DNA from: an uncultured Phenylobacterium sp.
GTDB taxonomy: Bacteria > Pseudomonadota > Alphaproteobacteria > Caulobacterales > Caulobacteraceae
Assembly: GCA_964575195.1 (NCBI GenBank)
Contig: CAZNPJ010000005.1
Location: 108,460 to 172,459, forward strand
DNA: 64,000 bases
Direction of reading: 5' to 3'
The first letter of the stretch is position 1; each line of letters begins with the position of its first letter. A program made the translations under genes and the position numbers. Under the pieces are notes generated by a model. That model searched no databases, was not told the DNA's origin, and was given only the letters and a program-made list of their open reading frames with translations. Below, piece after piece: positions 29,906 through 38,780 of this stretch.

Positions 29906-29933
29906 CAAAGATCCGTGGATGCCGAAGCGGCGC

Positions 29934-30353
29934 TTAGCGCTTCTTGCGGGGAGCCTGACGACCGCCCTGGCCCAGACCCATTTGCTTGGCCAGGTCCGAA
30001 CGCGCCTTGGCGTAGTTCGGGGCGACCATCGGATAGTCCTTCGGCAGGCCCCACTTGGCGCGATATTCCTCGGGGCTCATGTTGTACTTGGTGCGCAGGT
30101 GGCGCTTCAGCGACTTGAACTTGCGCCCGTCCTCGAGGCAGACGAGGTGATCCGGGGTGATCGAGCGACGGATCGGCACCGCCGGTTCCTTCGGCGCGGC
30201 CTCGACAGTCTCGACGCCCGAGGTCACGCCCGCCAACGCCCGGTGAACGCTCTGGATCAGGTTCGGCAGGTCCGCCGCCGCAACAGTGTTATTGCCGACG
30301 TAGGCGGAAACAATGTCCGCAGTCATCTCGATGACTTCCGACTTATCGTCCAT
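29934..30353 (-). CDS. mucR: Ros/MucR transcriptional regulator
   Basis: TADIVSAYV, PAVPIRRSI, CLEDGRKFKSLKRHL, PMVAPNYA; start re-picked at ATG 30353. Confidence 0.95.
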   Translation of the reverse strand: MDDKSEVIEMTADIVSAYVGNNTVAAADLPNLIQSVHRALAGVTSGVETVEAAPKEPAVPIRRSITPDHLVCLEDGRKFKSLKRHLRTKYNMSPEEYRAKWGLPKDYPMVAPNYAKARSDLAKQMGLGQGGRQAPRKKR

Positions 30354-30657
30354 TTCTCTTGGTTCCGAAGGTTCCGCGCCAAAACGGGCGCTCAGTGATT
30401 CACAAGAATGCTGGGCCGTCATTATCGACATCGACGGACGCATACAACAGAGAAATAGAACAACGCGGAGCCCCTGTTACGGAGAACAGAAGTCACGCGC
30501 ATGGCAAACAACATGTGACCGTGGCGCTGAGTTGGCGTCGTCCTCTACCTACTCAATCCGTAAAACCCGCAACCTGAAATGGGACGGTTGATAACGAAAC
30601 GGCGCCCGCGAGGGGCGCCGTCCATGCCGTTTTCTCGGACTGGTCGCCGGGCGGCGG

Positions 30658-31536
30658 TCAGCTGAACGTGGGCGCGGTCCAGTGCGGCCAGATGTCCGGC
30701 AGATCCTTGGAGACCTTGTCCGGATAGTTCGGCGGCCGCTTTTCGAGGAACGAAGTCACACCCTCACGGGCGTCGGCGGCCCGGCCACGCGCCTGGATGC
30801 CGCGGCTATCGGCCTTGTGGGCGTCCATGGGGTGCGCTGCGCCGGCCATCCGGTACATCAGCTGGCGCGTGATCGCGACCGACACGGGCGCGGTGTTATC
30901 GGCGATCTCGCGGGCGATGGCGCGGGCGGCCGGCAGCAGATCGTCAGGGGCGTGGATCGAGCGGATCAGGCCGCCATCCAACGCTTCCTGGGCCGGGAAG
31001 ATGCGGCCGGTGTAGCACCACTCCAGCGCCTGCTGCAGACCGACCAGCCGCGGCAGGAACCAGGACGAACAGGCCTCTGGATTGATGCCGCGGCGGGCGA
31101 AGACGAAGCCGTAGCGGGCGGTGTCCGAGGCCAGGCGAATGTCCATGGCCAGTTGCATCGTGACGCCGATGCCGACCGCCGCGCCGTTGCAGGCCGAGAT
31201 CACCGGCTTCAGCGAGTCGTAGATTCGCAGGGTGACGAGGCCGCCGCCGTCGCGATGGACGCCCTCCTCCTGCCGCGCCGCCTTATCCTCGCCGCCGCGC
31301 TGGTCGTAGTCGAAGGTCGCCGCCCCAGCCGACAGATCGGCCCCGGCGCAGAACGCCCGGCCGGCGCCGGTGACGATCACCGCGCGCACATTGTCGTCGC
31401 CGTCCGTCTCGTCGAAGGCGGCGATCAACTCCTTCATCATGGTGGTGTTGAAGGCGTTCAGCTTGTCGGGCCGGTTCAGGGTGATCGTCGCGACACCGTC
31501 CTCGACGGCGTACAGCAGGGTCTCGAAAGTGGGCAT
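30658..31536 (-). CDS. Enoyl-CoA hydratase/isomerase family protein
   Basis: LNRPDKLNAF, FCAGADL, NGAAVGIG, PEACSSW; start re-picked at ATG 31536. Confidence 0.92.
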   Translation of the reverse strand: MPTFETLLYAVEDGVATITLNRPDKLNAFNTTMMKELIAAFDETDGDDNVRAVIVTGAGRAFCAGADLSAGAATFDYDQRGGEDKAARQEEGVHRDGGGLVTLRIYDSLKPVISACNGAAVGIGVTMQLAMDIRLASDTARYGFVFARRGINPEACSSWFLPRLVGLQQALEWCYTGRIFPAQEALDGGLIRSIHAPDDLLPAARAIAREIADNTAPVSVAITRQLMYRMAGAAHPMDAHKADSRGIQARGRAADAREGVTSFLEKRPPNYPDKVSKDLPDIWPHWTAPTFS

Positions 31537-31723
31537 GTGTCGGGGTCCTCGTCCTTGTTCTCGGGGCACTTCGGAGCGGGTGACGGAGAGGAGGTCAAGG
31601 GCTTTGGGCGATCCGGCGCACGGGCATGCGGGAGCGCGCCAGACGGCTTGACGGACGGTAGGTCAACCTCCGCTACTCCACGCTGAAAAAGGGCGGCTGT
31701 AGACCGTCCGCGGGAGTGACCAC

Positions 31724-33262
31724 ATGCATCCGGCGACACACGCCAAGACCCATCCTGACCGCGCCGCCTATATCATGGCTGGCAGCGGCGAGACCGTGAC
31801 CTACAAGCAGCTGGACGAACGGTCGAACCAGGGGGCGCACCTGTTCCGGTCGCTGGGCCTGAAAGCCGGCGACGTCATCGCCATCTTCATGGACAACCAC
31901 CCCCGCTATTTCGAGATCGCCTGGGCCGCCCAGCGCAGCGGGCTCTACTATACCTGCATCTCGTCGAAGCTGACGGCGGGCGAGGTGGAGTACATCGTTG
32001 GCGACTGCGGGGCGAAGGTGTTGATCACCTCGCCGGGCCTGGGGTCGGTGATCGACGAGCTGCCGGCGGTTCTGCCGGGGGTCAAGCTGTACATGACGGG
32101 CGAGGCGCGGGCGCCCTACCTGAGTTTCGAGGACGCCCGTGCGCCCTTCCCGACCACGCCCATCGCCGATGAGACCGCCGGCTCGGACATGCTCTATTCG
32201 TCCGGCACCACCGGCCGGCCCAAGGGAATCAAGCCCGCCCTGACCGGCGCGCCGATCGACGAGCCCAACGCCCTGGTGATGATGACCCAGTCGCTGTTCG
32301 GCTTCCCGCCGGGCTGCGTCTACATCTCGCCCGCGCCGCTCTATCACGCCGCGCCGCTGCGCTGGTGCATGAGCGTCCACAAGCTGGGCGGCACGGTGAT
32401 CGTGATGGAGAAGTTCGATCCCGAGACCGCGCTGGCGCTGATCGAAAAGTACAAGGTCAACGTCGGCCAGTTCGTGCCGACGCACTTCGTCCGCATGCTG
32501 AAGCTGCCCGAGGAGGTGCGCGCCAAGTACGACGTGTCGTCGATTGTTTCGGCGGTCCACGCCGCGGCGCCCTGCCCCGTGCCGGTCAAGGAACAGATGA
32601 TCGCCTGGTGGGGGCCGGTGATCTACGAGTACTACGCCGGGACCGAGGGCAACGGCTTCTGCTTCATCAAGTCTGACGAATGGCTGACCCATAAGGGGTC
32701 GGTCGGCAAGGCGGTGCTGGGCGAACTGCGCATCTGCGACGAGGACGGCGAAGCCCTGCCGCCCCGCGCCGAGGGCACGGTCCACTTCGCCAACGGCCCG
32801 CCGCTCAGCTACCACAACGCGCCCGAGAAGATCGCCGAAGGCACCAACAAGCACGGCTGGACCACCCTGGGCGACGTGGGTTGGATGGACGAGGAGGGCT
32901 ATCTCTACCTCACCGACCGCAAGAGCTTCATGATCATCTCGGGCGGCGTGAACATCTATCCGCAGGAGATCGAGAATCTGCTGATCGGCCACCCCAAGGT
33001 CGCCGACGCCGCCGTGGTCGGCGGGCCGCACGAAGAGATGGGCGAACAGGTCGTGGCGGTCATCCAGCCGGCGGATTGGGCCGAAGCCGGCGACGCCCTG
33101 CGCGACGAGCTGATGGCCTACGCCCGCGCCAACCTCAGCCACGTGAAGTCGCCGCGGAAGCTGGACTTCATGCAGGAGCTGCCCCGCCATCCGACGGGCA
33201 AGCTCTACAAGCGCCTGATCCGCGACGCCTACTGGGGCAAGGAAGGTTCCAAGATCGTCTGA
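31724..33262 (+). CDS. Acyl-CoA synthetase (AMP-binding enzyme)
   Basis: YSSGTTGRPKG, YYAGTEG, TLGDVG, DRKSFMIISGG, PTGKLYKR. Confidence 0.93.
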   Translation: MHPATHAKTHPDRAAYIMAGSGETVTYKQLDERSNQGAHLFRSLGLKAGDVIAIFMDNHPRYFEIAWAAQRSGLYYTCISSKLTAGEVEYIVGDCGAKVLITSPGLGSVIDELPAVLPGVKLYMTGEARAPYLSFEDARAPFPTTPIADETAGSDMLYSSGTTGRPKGIKPALTGAPIDEPNALVMMTQSLFGFPPGCVYISPAPLYHAAPLRWCMSVHKLGGTVIVMEKFDPETALALIEKYKVNVGQFVPTHFVRMLKLPEEVRAKYDVSSIVSAVHAAAPCPVPVKEQMIAWWGPVIYEYYAGTEGNGFCFIKSDEWLTHKGSVGKAVLGELRICDEDGEALPPRAEGTVHFANGPPLSYHNAPEKIAEGTNKHGWTTLGDVGWMDEEGYLYLTDRKSFMIISGGVNIYPQEIENLLIGHPKVADAAVVGGPHEEMGEQVVAVIQPADWAEAGDALRDELMAYARANLSHVKSPRKLDFMQELPRHPTGKLYKRLIRDAYWGKEGSKIV

Positions 33263-33392
33263 CCCGTCTGGCCCGGGCTTTGCAGACCTGTCTGGCATAG
33301 CCTGGTCCGTGTCCCGAAAGCACACGGCCGCGACCCGTTGAAGGCGCTCACAACGAGCGACCCGGGATCAGGGCTTCGACGGGACTTGTAAT

Positions 33393-34286
33393 ATGCGGAC
33401 GTTTTCCAAGGCGCTGGCCACCCTCACCCTCGGCGCGACCCTCGCGTTCGGAGCCACGGCTGCGCAGGCCTCCACGGTGATCCTGGACGTGGGTAAGATG
33501 CAGAACGCCCGCACGGTGAACATCGCGGGAATCGGCAACGTCATGGCCGCGCCGATGCAGTTCAAGGCCACCTACGACGGCAAGCCCACGAACCTGCTGG
33601 CCTGGTGCGTGGACGTCTATCACTCGATCACGGCGCAGGATTACTCGCCGAACTTGGTCTACACCGACACCAGCACGCTGAGCACCGACTTCAACGGCCA
33701 CGCTCTGGACAACGGTGACGTGCTGAAGATCGGCCTGCTGGCCAACTATGGTCAGGCGATCTTCGACGCCGCGCCGGTGGCCCCGGCGGCCTTCACCATG
33801 GTAGAGCCCAAGCGCAGCAGCTATCCCTACGGATCGGCCGGCACGACGGCCTACAACAACGCCAAGGCCGCCTACAACAGCGCCAAGAGCACGTACAACA
33901 CCGCGGTCGCCAACTACAACGCCGCCGTCTCGGCGCGGAACACCCGTCTCTCGGCGGTCCAGGGCGCCATCTGGCAGGTGGCCTCGAACCGCAACGTCAG
34001 CAGCAGCGACAGCGCCTTCGACCTGCTGGTCGACAACCTGTCGGGCGCGCACATGACCGACTTTTTCACGGGCGTCTCGACCCGCGACTACGGCATCCAG
34101 CTGATCACGCCGGTCCAGCAGTACGGCGGTCGTAACGGCCGCACGCCGCTGGCGCTGACCCAGTCCTTCGTGTTCGCGACGGGCGCGGTGCCGGAACCCT
34201 CGACCTGGGCCCTGCTGATCCTGGGCTTCGGCGGCGCCGGCGCCATGCTTCGCCGCCAGCGCCGGGCGATGGCGTTCGCCGCCTAG
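33393..34286 (+). CDS. PEPxxWA-CTERM exosortase-target surface protein with thioester-domain-like motifs
   Basis: Signal peptide; C-terminal VPEPSTWALLILGFGGAGAMLRRQRR; internal WCVD and VQGAIWQ motifs. Confidence 0.9.
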   Translation: MRTFSKALATLTLGATLAFGATAAQASTVILDVGKMQNARTVNIAGIGNVMAAPMQFKATYDGKPTNLLAWCVDVYHSITAQDYSPNLVYTDTSTLSTDFNGHALDNGDVLKIGLLANYGQAIFDAAPVAPAAFTMVEPKRSSYPYGSAGTTAYNNAKAAYNSAKSTYNTAVANYNAAVSARNTRLSAVQGAIWQVASNRNVSSSDSAFDLLVDNLSGAHMTDFFTGVSTRDYGIQLITPVQQYGGRNGRTPLALTQSFVFATGAVPEPSTWALLILGFGGAGAMLRRQRRAMAFAA

Positions 34287-34310
34287 TCTCAGACCCTTGC
34301 AGATATCCTG

Positions 34311-34338
34311 GACCCAGGCCGCGAGGCCTGGGTCTTTT
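34311..34338 (+). terminator. Rho-independent terminator
   Basis: gacccaggcc-gcga-ggcctgggtc followed by tttt. Confidence 0.85.
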
Positions 34339-34433
34339 GCTGTCCGCGTCCCGCGGCGTCGCCTCCGACTTGCCCTGATCCAAACAGATGTTAGAGGCTT
34401 GTGGTCGAATTCAACACGCGAGGGAGTGAGCGA

Positions 34434-34883
34434 ATGAACCCGGTCGAAATGACGGATCTGCCCGGACTGGTGGGCCAGGAAGTGGGCGTGTCGGACTGGG
34501 TGGAGATCACCCAGGAGCGGGTGAACCAGTTCGCCGAGGCGACCGGCGACCACCAGTGGATCCACGTGGACGTCGAGCGCGCCACCAAGGAGATCGGCGG
34601 CCCGATCGCCCACGGCTACCTGACCCTGTCGCTGATCCCGTTCCTGGGCGCCGGCATGCTGCCGGTGAAGGGTGTGACCCGCGGCATCAACTATGGCTCG
34701 GACAAGGTCCGCTTCATCAACATGGTCCGCGTCGGCAAGCGCGTCCGCATGCGCCAGAAGCTGATCGGCGCCGAACCCAAGGCCGGCGGCATGCAACTGA
34801 AGAACGAGTGCACCATCGAGATCGAAGGCGAGGCCAAGCCCGCCTGCATCGCCGAGACGATTTCGGTCATCTACGGCGGCTGA
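34434..34883 (+). CDS. MaoC-family dehydratase
   Basis: FAEATGDHQWIHVD, IAHGYLTLSL, NYGSDKVRF. Confidence 0.92.
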   Translation: MNPVEMTDLPGLVGQEVGVSDWVEITQERVNQFAEATGDHQWIHVDVERATKEIGGPIAHGYLTLSLIPFLGAGMLPVKGVTRGINYGSDKVRFINMVRVGKRVRMRQKLIGAEPKAGGMQLKNECTIEIEGEAKPACIAETISVIYGG

Positions 34884-34917
34884 TCTGACGGGCGGCCCCG
34901 GTGCGCCCGGGCCGCCT

Positions 34918-35751
34918 TCAGTTCTTGGCGGCGGCCTCTTCCGCGGAGGCCGTCCGACCGCCCACGACGGGCGTGGCGTCGGCGACCGTGGCTGGCGCCA
35001 GCGGATTTTGCATCAGGGCCAGCGTCTCGCGCACAAACTTGGCGTGGGTGACGATCCCGATCTCCAGCCGCTCACTGTTCAGTTCGACCTGCTGGGTCAA
35101 AAGGCCGGCGATGAAGCCGGGATCCTCGTCGTCGGCGACCTGGGTCATGCCTTGGGTCTTCGACGCGCGACTGATGAACACCGGCCCGCCCGAGTTGCCC
35201 GGAAACACCGAGAAATCGAGCAGGAAGGTGGGGAACACCTTGGCCGGCCCCAACGGATAGGACGCCACGCGCCCGGACCGCAGAATCGGGAAGCCCGCCG
35301 CGTTGGCCGACAGGCCGCGGGGGAAGCCCAGGGCCATCATCTCGTCGCCGGCGTTGACCTTGTAGGTGTCGAAGGTGTCGTCGGCGGCCAGGTAGCGTTC
35401 CGGCAAGGCCGCCTTGGCGAACTCGGCCGGCGCCTTGATGGTGATGGCGGCCACGTCGCGGCTGGGATGGTGAGTCCACAGCTCATGGCCGTCGTTGTCG
35501 CGAATCTTGACCTGTTGCGGCGAGTAGCTCCACGAGCCGTCGGGGTTGGAGACGCGGTAGCCGATGCGGGCGTTCTGGCCGGGCATCTTCTGAAGCACAT
35601 GGTTGGCGGTGATCAGCACCGTGCGGGTCGTGCCGTCGGCGTTGGGCGTCGAGATCAGGAAGCCGGTCCCGACCGTGCGCGTCCCATCGCCCAGCGGCTG
35701 TTCAAGCTGAACCGTCGCGTGGATCAGCTCGACGGCAAGATCCATGACCAT
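34918..35751 (-). CDS. Trypsin-like serine protease
   Basis: TANHVL (His), RDVAAI (Asp), FPGNSGGPVF (Ser). Confidence 0.88.
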   Translation of the reverse strand: MVMDLAVELIHATVQLEQPLGDGTRTVGTGFLISTPNADGTTRTVLITANHVLQKMPGQNARIGYRVSNPDGSWSYSPQQVKIRDNDGHELWTHHPSRDVAAITIKAPAEFAKAALPERYLAADDTFDTYKVNAGDEMMALGFPRGLSANAAGFPILRSGRVASYPLGPAKVFPTFLLDFSVFPGNSGGPVFISRASKTQGMTQVADDEDPGFIAGLLTQQVELNSERLEIGIVTHAKFVRETLALMQNPLAPATVADATPVVGGRTASAEEAAAKN

Positions 35752-35959
35752 GGCAGGCCCCTAAAGCTCGATGTGCTACACGCGTCTTGATGCGCGTTGT
35801 GGATGCATAAGTAGTGAATGGCGGATCGCCGTCTGCCAACAAGCCGCCACATTCCCTGCGGTCGAACGTCGCGCGGTGGTTCCGGAAAAGCACACCCCCC
35901 CGGGGCGCCTCGGCCGGTCTGCGCTTGAGTGCGACCGATCGGCGTCGCATCTAACAGCC

Positions 35960-38068
35960 ATGACCTCTCCCAAGTCCCTCGCCGCCCCCGTCGCCGCGAA
36001 AATCCCGCACCGCATCGAACAGTTGGGTCGCGTGCGGACCGACGACTACGCCTGGATGAAGGACGACAACTGGCAGCAGGTGCTGCGCGACCCCAAGACG
36101 CTGCGGGCCGACGTCCGGACCCATCTCGACGCCGAGAACGCCTTCACCAAGGCGGTGCTGGCCGACACCGAGGCGCTGCAGGCGCAGATGTTCGCCGAGA
36201 TGAAGGGACGGGTAAAGGAGGACGACAGCTCGGTCCCCTCGCCCGACGGGCCGTGGGAATACTATTCCCGCTACGCCATCGGCGCCGAACACCCGATCCA
36301 CGCCCGGCGGCCGAAAGGTCAGGCGGACGGCGAGGAGATCCTGCTGGACGAGGACGCACTGGCCAAGGGCAAGGCGTTCTTCCAGGTAGGCGCGGCCAGC
36401 CACAGCCCCGACCACGCGCTCTACGCCTGGGCTGCGGACGAACAAGGCTCGGAATACTACCGGATCCGCGTGAAGGACCTGACGACGGGTCAGGAGGTCG
36501 GCTCGGCGATCGAGAGCGCCTACGGCGACTTCACCTTCTCGCCGGACAGCCAGTGGATCTTCTGGATCTGGCGCGACGAGAACGCCCGGCCGGCCAAGAT
36601 CTTCCGTCGTCCCGCGCGCCCGGGCTCAGAAGGCGGCGGGGACGACACGCTAGTCTATGAAGAGCCGGACGACGGCATGTTCCTGGGCGTCGGCGTCGCC
36701 TCCGACGACAGCCACATCCTGATCCACGTGGGCAACCAGGAGACCACCGAGATCCTGCTGATCCCCGCCGGCGATCCGACGGCGGCGCCGGTGGTGGCCG
36801 AGCCCCGGCGCGTGGGCGTGAAGTACAGCCTGGACCACTGGACCGACCGTTGGGTGATCCGCACCAACGACGACGGTGCAGTGGACTTCAAGCTGTGCGT
36901 CTCCGAAGCGGCGGTCCCGGCCAAGGCGACTTGGCGCGACTGGATCGCCCACACGCCGGGCCACTACGTCACCGGCTTCGCGGCCTTCGCCGGCCATCTG
37001 GTGCGCGCCGAGCGGGTGAACGCCCTGGATCGGCTGGTGGTGATGGCGCGCGACGGGGCCGAGCACATCGTCGCCTTCGACGAAGAGGCCTACGCGCTGA
37101 ACCTCGAAGGCGGCTACGAGTACGACACGACGGTCACCCGCTTCGTCTACCAGTCGCCGACCACGCCGCGGCAGACCTTCGACTACGACATGGCGACCCG
37201 CGAGCGGACGCTGCGCAAGACCCAGGAAATCCCGTCGGGCCACGATCCCGCGCGCTATGTGGCGCGGCGGGTGACCGCCCGGGCGCCGGACGGCGCCGAG
37301 GTGCCGGTCACGCTGCTGATGCTGAAGGACACGCCGCAGGACGGTTCGGCGCCGGTGCTGCTGTACGGCTACGGCTCTTACGGCCACGCCATGGAGCCCA
37401 GTTTCTCGATCCGCAACCTCAGCTTGGTGGACCGGGGCTGGATCTGGGCCACGGCGCACATCCGAGGCGGGTCGGACAAGGGCTGGGGCTGGTTCCTGGA
37501 CGGGCGCAAGGACAAGAAGCCCAACACCTTCACGGACTTCATCGCCTGCGCCGAGCATCTGGTCGCCGAGGGCTATGCGTCGAAGGGGCGGATCGCGGCC
37601 TATGGCGGATCGGCGGGCGGCATGCTGATGGGCGCGGTGGCGAACCTGCGGCCGGATCTCTGGGGCGCGATCATCGCGGCGGTGCCGTTCGTGGACGTGC
37701 TGAACACCATGAGCGACACCACTCTGCCCCTCACCCCGCCCGAGTGGCCCGAGTGGGGCAACCCAATCGAAGATCCCGCCGCCTACGACGTCATCGCAAG
37801 CTACAGCCCCTATGACCGGGTCAGCGCCCAGGCCTATCCGCCGATCCTTGCCACCGGCGGCCTGTCCGACCCGCGGGTGACCTATTGGGAGCCGGCCAAG
37901 TGGGTGGCCAGGCTGCGCGAACAGACGACGGGCAACGCGCCCATCCTGCTCAAGATCAATATGGAGGCCGGCCACGGCGGCGCGTCGGGCCGGTTCGACT
38001 TCCTGAAGGAGATCGCGCTCGACTACGCTTTCGCGGTGTGGGCGCTGGAAGGAAGCTGGAAATCGTGA
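35960..38068 (+). CDS. ptrB: Oligopeptidase B (S9A)
   Basis: DDYAWM, beta-propeller region, GGSAGG nucleophile, DPRVTYWEP, EAGHGG. Confidence 0.92.
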   Translation: MTSPKSLAAPVAAKIPHRIEQLGRVRTDDYAWMKDDNWQQVLRDPKTLRADVRTHLDAENAFTKAVLADTEALQAQMFAEMKGRVKEDDSSVPSPDGPWEYYSRYAIGAEHPIHARRPKGQADGEEILLDEDALAKGKAFFQVGAASHSPDHALYAWAADEQGSEYYRIRVKDLTTGQEVGSAIESAYGDFTFSPDSQWIFWIWRDENARPAKIFRRPARPGSEGGGDDTLVYEEPDDGMFLGVGVASDDSHILIHVGNQETTEILLIPAGDPTAAPVVAEPRRVGVKYSLDHWTDRWVIRTNDDGAVDFKLCVSEAAVPAKATWRDWIAHTPGHYVTGFAAFAGHLVRAERVNALDRLVVMARDGAEHIVAFDEEAYALNLEGGYEYDTTVTRFVYQSPTTPRQTFDYDMATRERTLRKTQEIPSGHDPARYVARRVTARAPDGAEVPVTLLMLKDTPQDGSAPVLLYGYGSYGHAMEPSFSIRNLSLVDRGWIWATAHIRGGSDKGWGWFLDGRKDKKPNTFTDFIACAEHLVAEGYASKGRIAAYGGSAGGMLMGAVANLRPDLWGAIIAAVPFVDVLNTMSDTTLPLTPPEWPEWGNPIEDPAAYDVIASYSPYDRVSAQAYPPILATGGLSDPRVTYWEPAKWVARLREQTTGNAPILLKINMEAGHGGASGRFDFLKEIALDYAFAVWALEGSWKS

Positions 38069-38616
38069 TCGTCCGGGCGGCGGCGGAGAGCGACGCGGAG
38101 GCCCTGGCGGCGATCTATGAGCCGGCGGTCCTGCATGGGTTCGGCACGTTCGAGACGGTCCCGCCGGACGCGGCGTGGTGGGAGATGCGCCGCCGCGACA
38201 TCCAGGGATTGGGCTTGCCTTTCGTTGTGGCCGAGCGGGACGGTCGGGTGCTGGGTTACGCCTATGCGGGCCCCTTCCGGCCGCGGCCGGGCTACCGGTT
38301 CACGGCGGAAGACAGCGTCTATGTGGCGCCTGACGCCCAGGGCCAGGGCGTGGGTCGCGCGGTGCTCAGCGCGGTCATCGAGGCCTGCGAGGCCTGCGAG
38401 GCCTTCGGCCTGCGCCAACTGGTGGCTGTGATCGGCGATTCCGAGAACCACGGCTCCATCAATCTGCATCGATCTCTGGGGTTCGAGCACTCCGGTGTGG
38501 GCAAGAGCCTCGGCTTCAAGCATGGCCGCTGGGTCGACATCGTCTGGATGCAGAAGGCGCTGAATGGCGGAAGCGAAACCGCACCCGAAGGACTCGGCAT
38601 CCTGACCGTCGGGTAG
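38065..38616 (+). CDS. GNAT acetyltransferase (phosphinothricin N-acetyltransferase/YncA-like)
   Basis: GTFETVPP, EDSVYV, QGQGVGR, GFKHGRWVDIVWMQ; GTG start overlaps the ptrB stop. Confidence 0.9.
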   Translation: MIVRAAAESDAEALAAIYEPAVLHGFGTFETVPPDAAWWEMRRRDIQGLGLPFVVAERDGRVLGYAYAGPFRPRPGYRFTAEDSVYVAPDAQGQGVGRAVLSAVIEACEACEAFGLRQLVAVIGDSENHGSINLHRSLGFEHSGVGKSLGFKHGRWVDIVWMQKALNGGSETAPEGLGILTVG

Positions 38617-38780
38617 GAGACGCAAGTCCTCGCCCGAATAGATGCAGATCTCACCGGAATTCGCCGCAAACGCGAATAGCCCTGCAGGTCCTTACCCTTA
38701 TGTACTTCTACGTAATTGCTTAGCCGTCAAAATTTCCGCAGAACACGTTTGTCGGAAACGGGGCCGACGCGGAATGTAGA

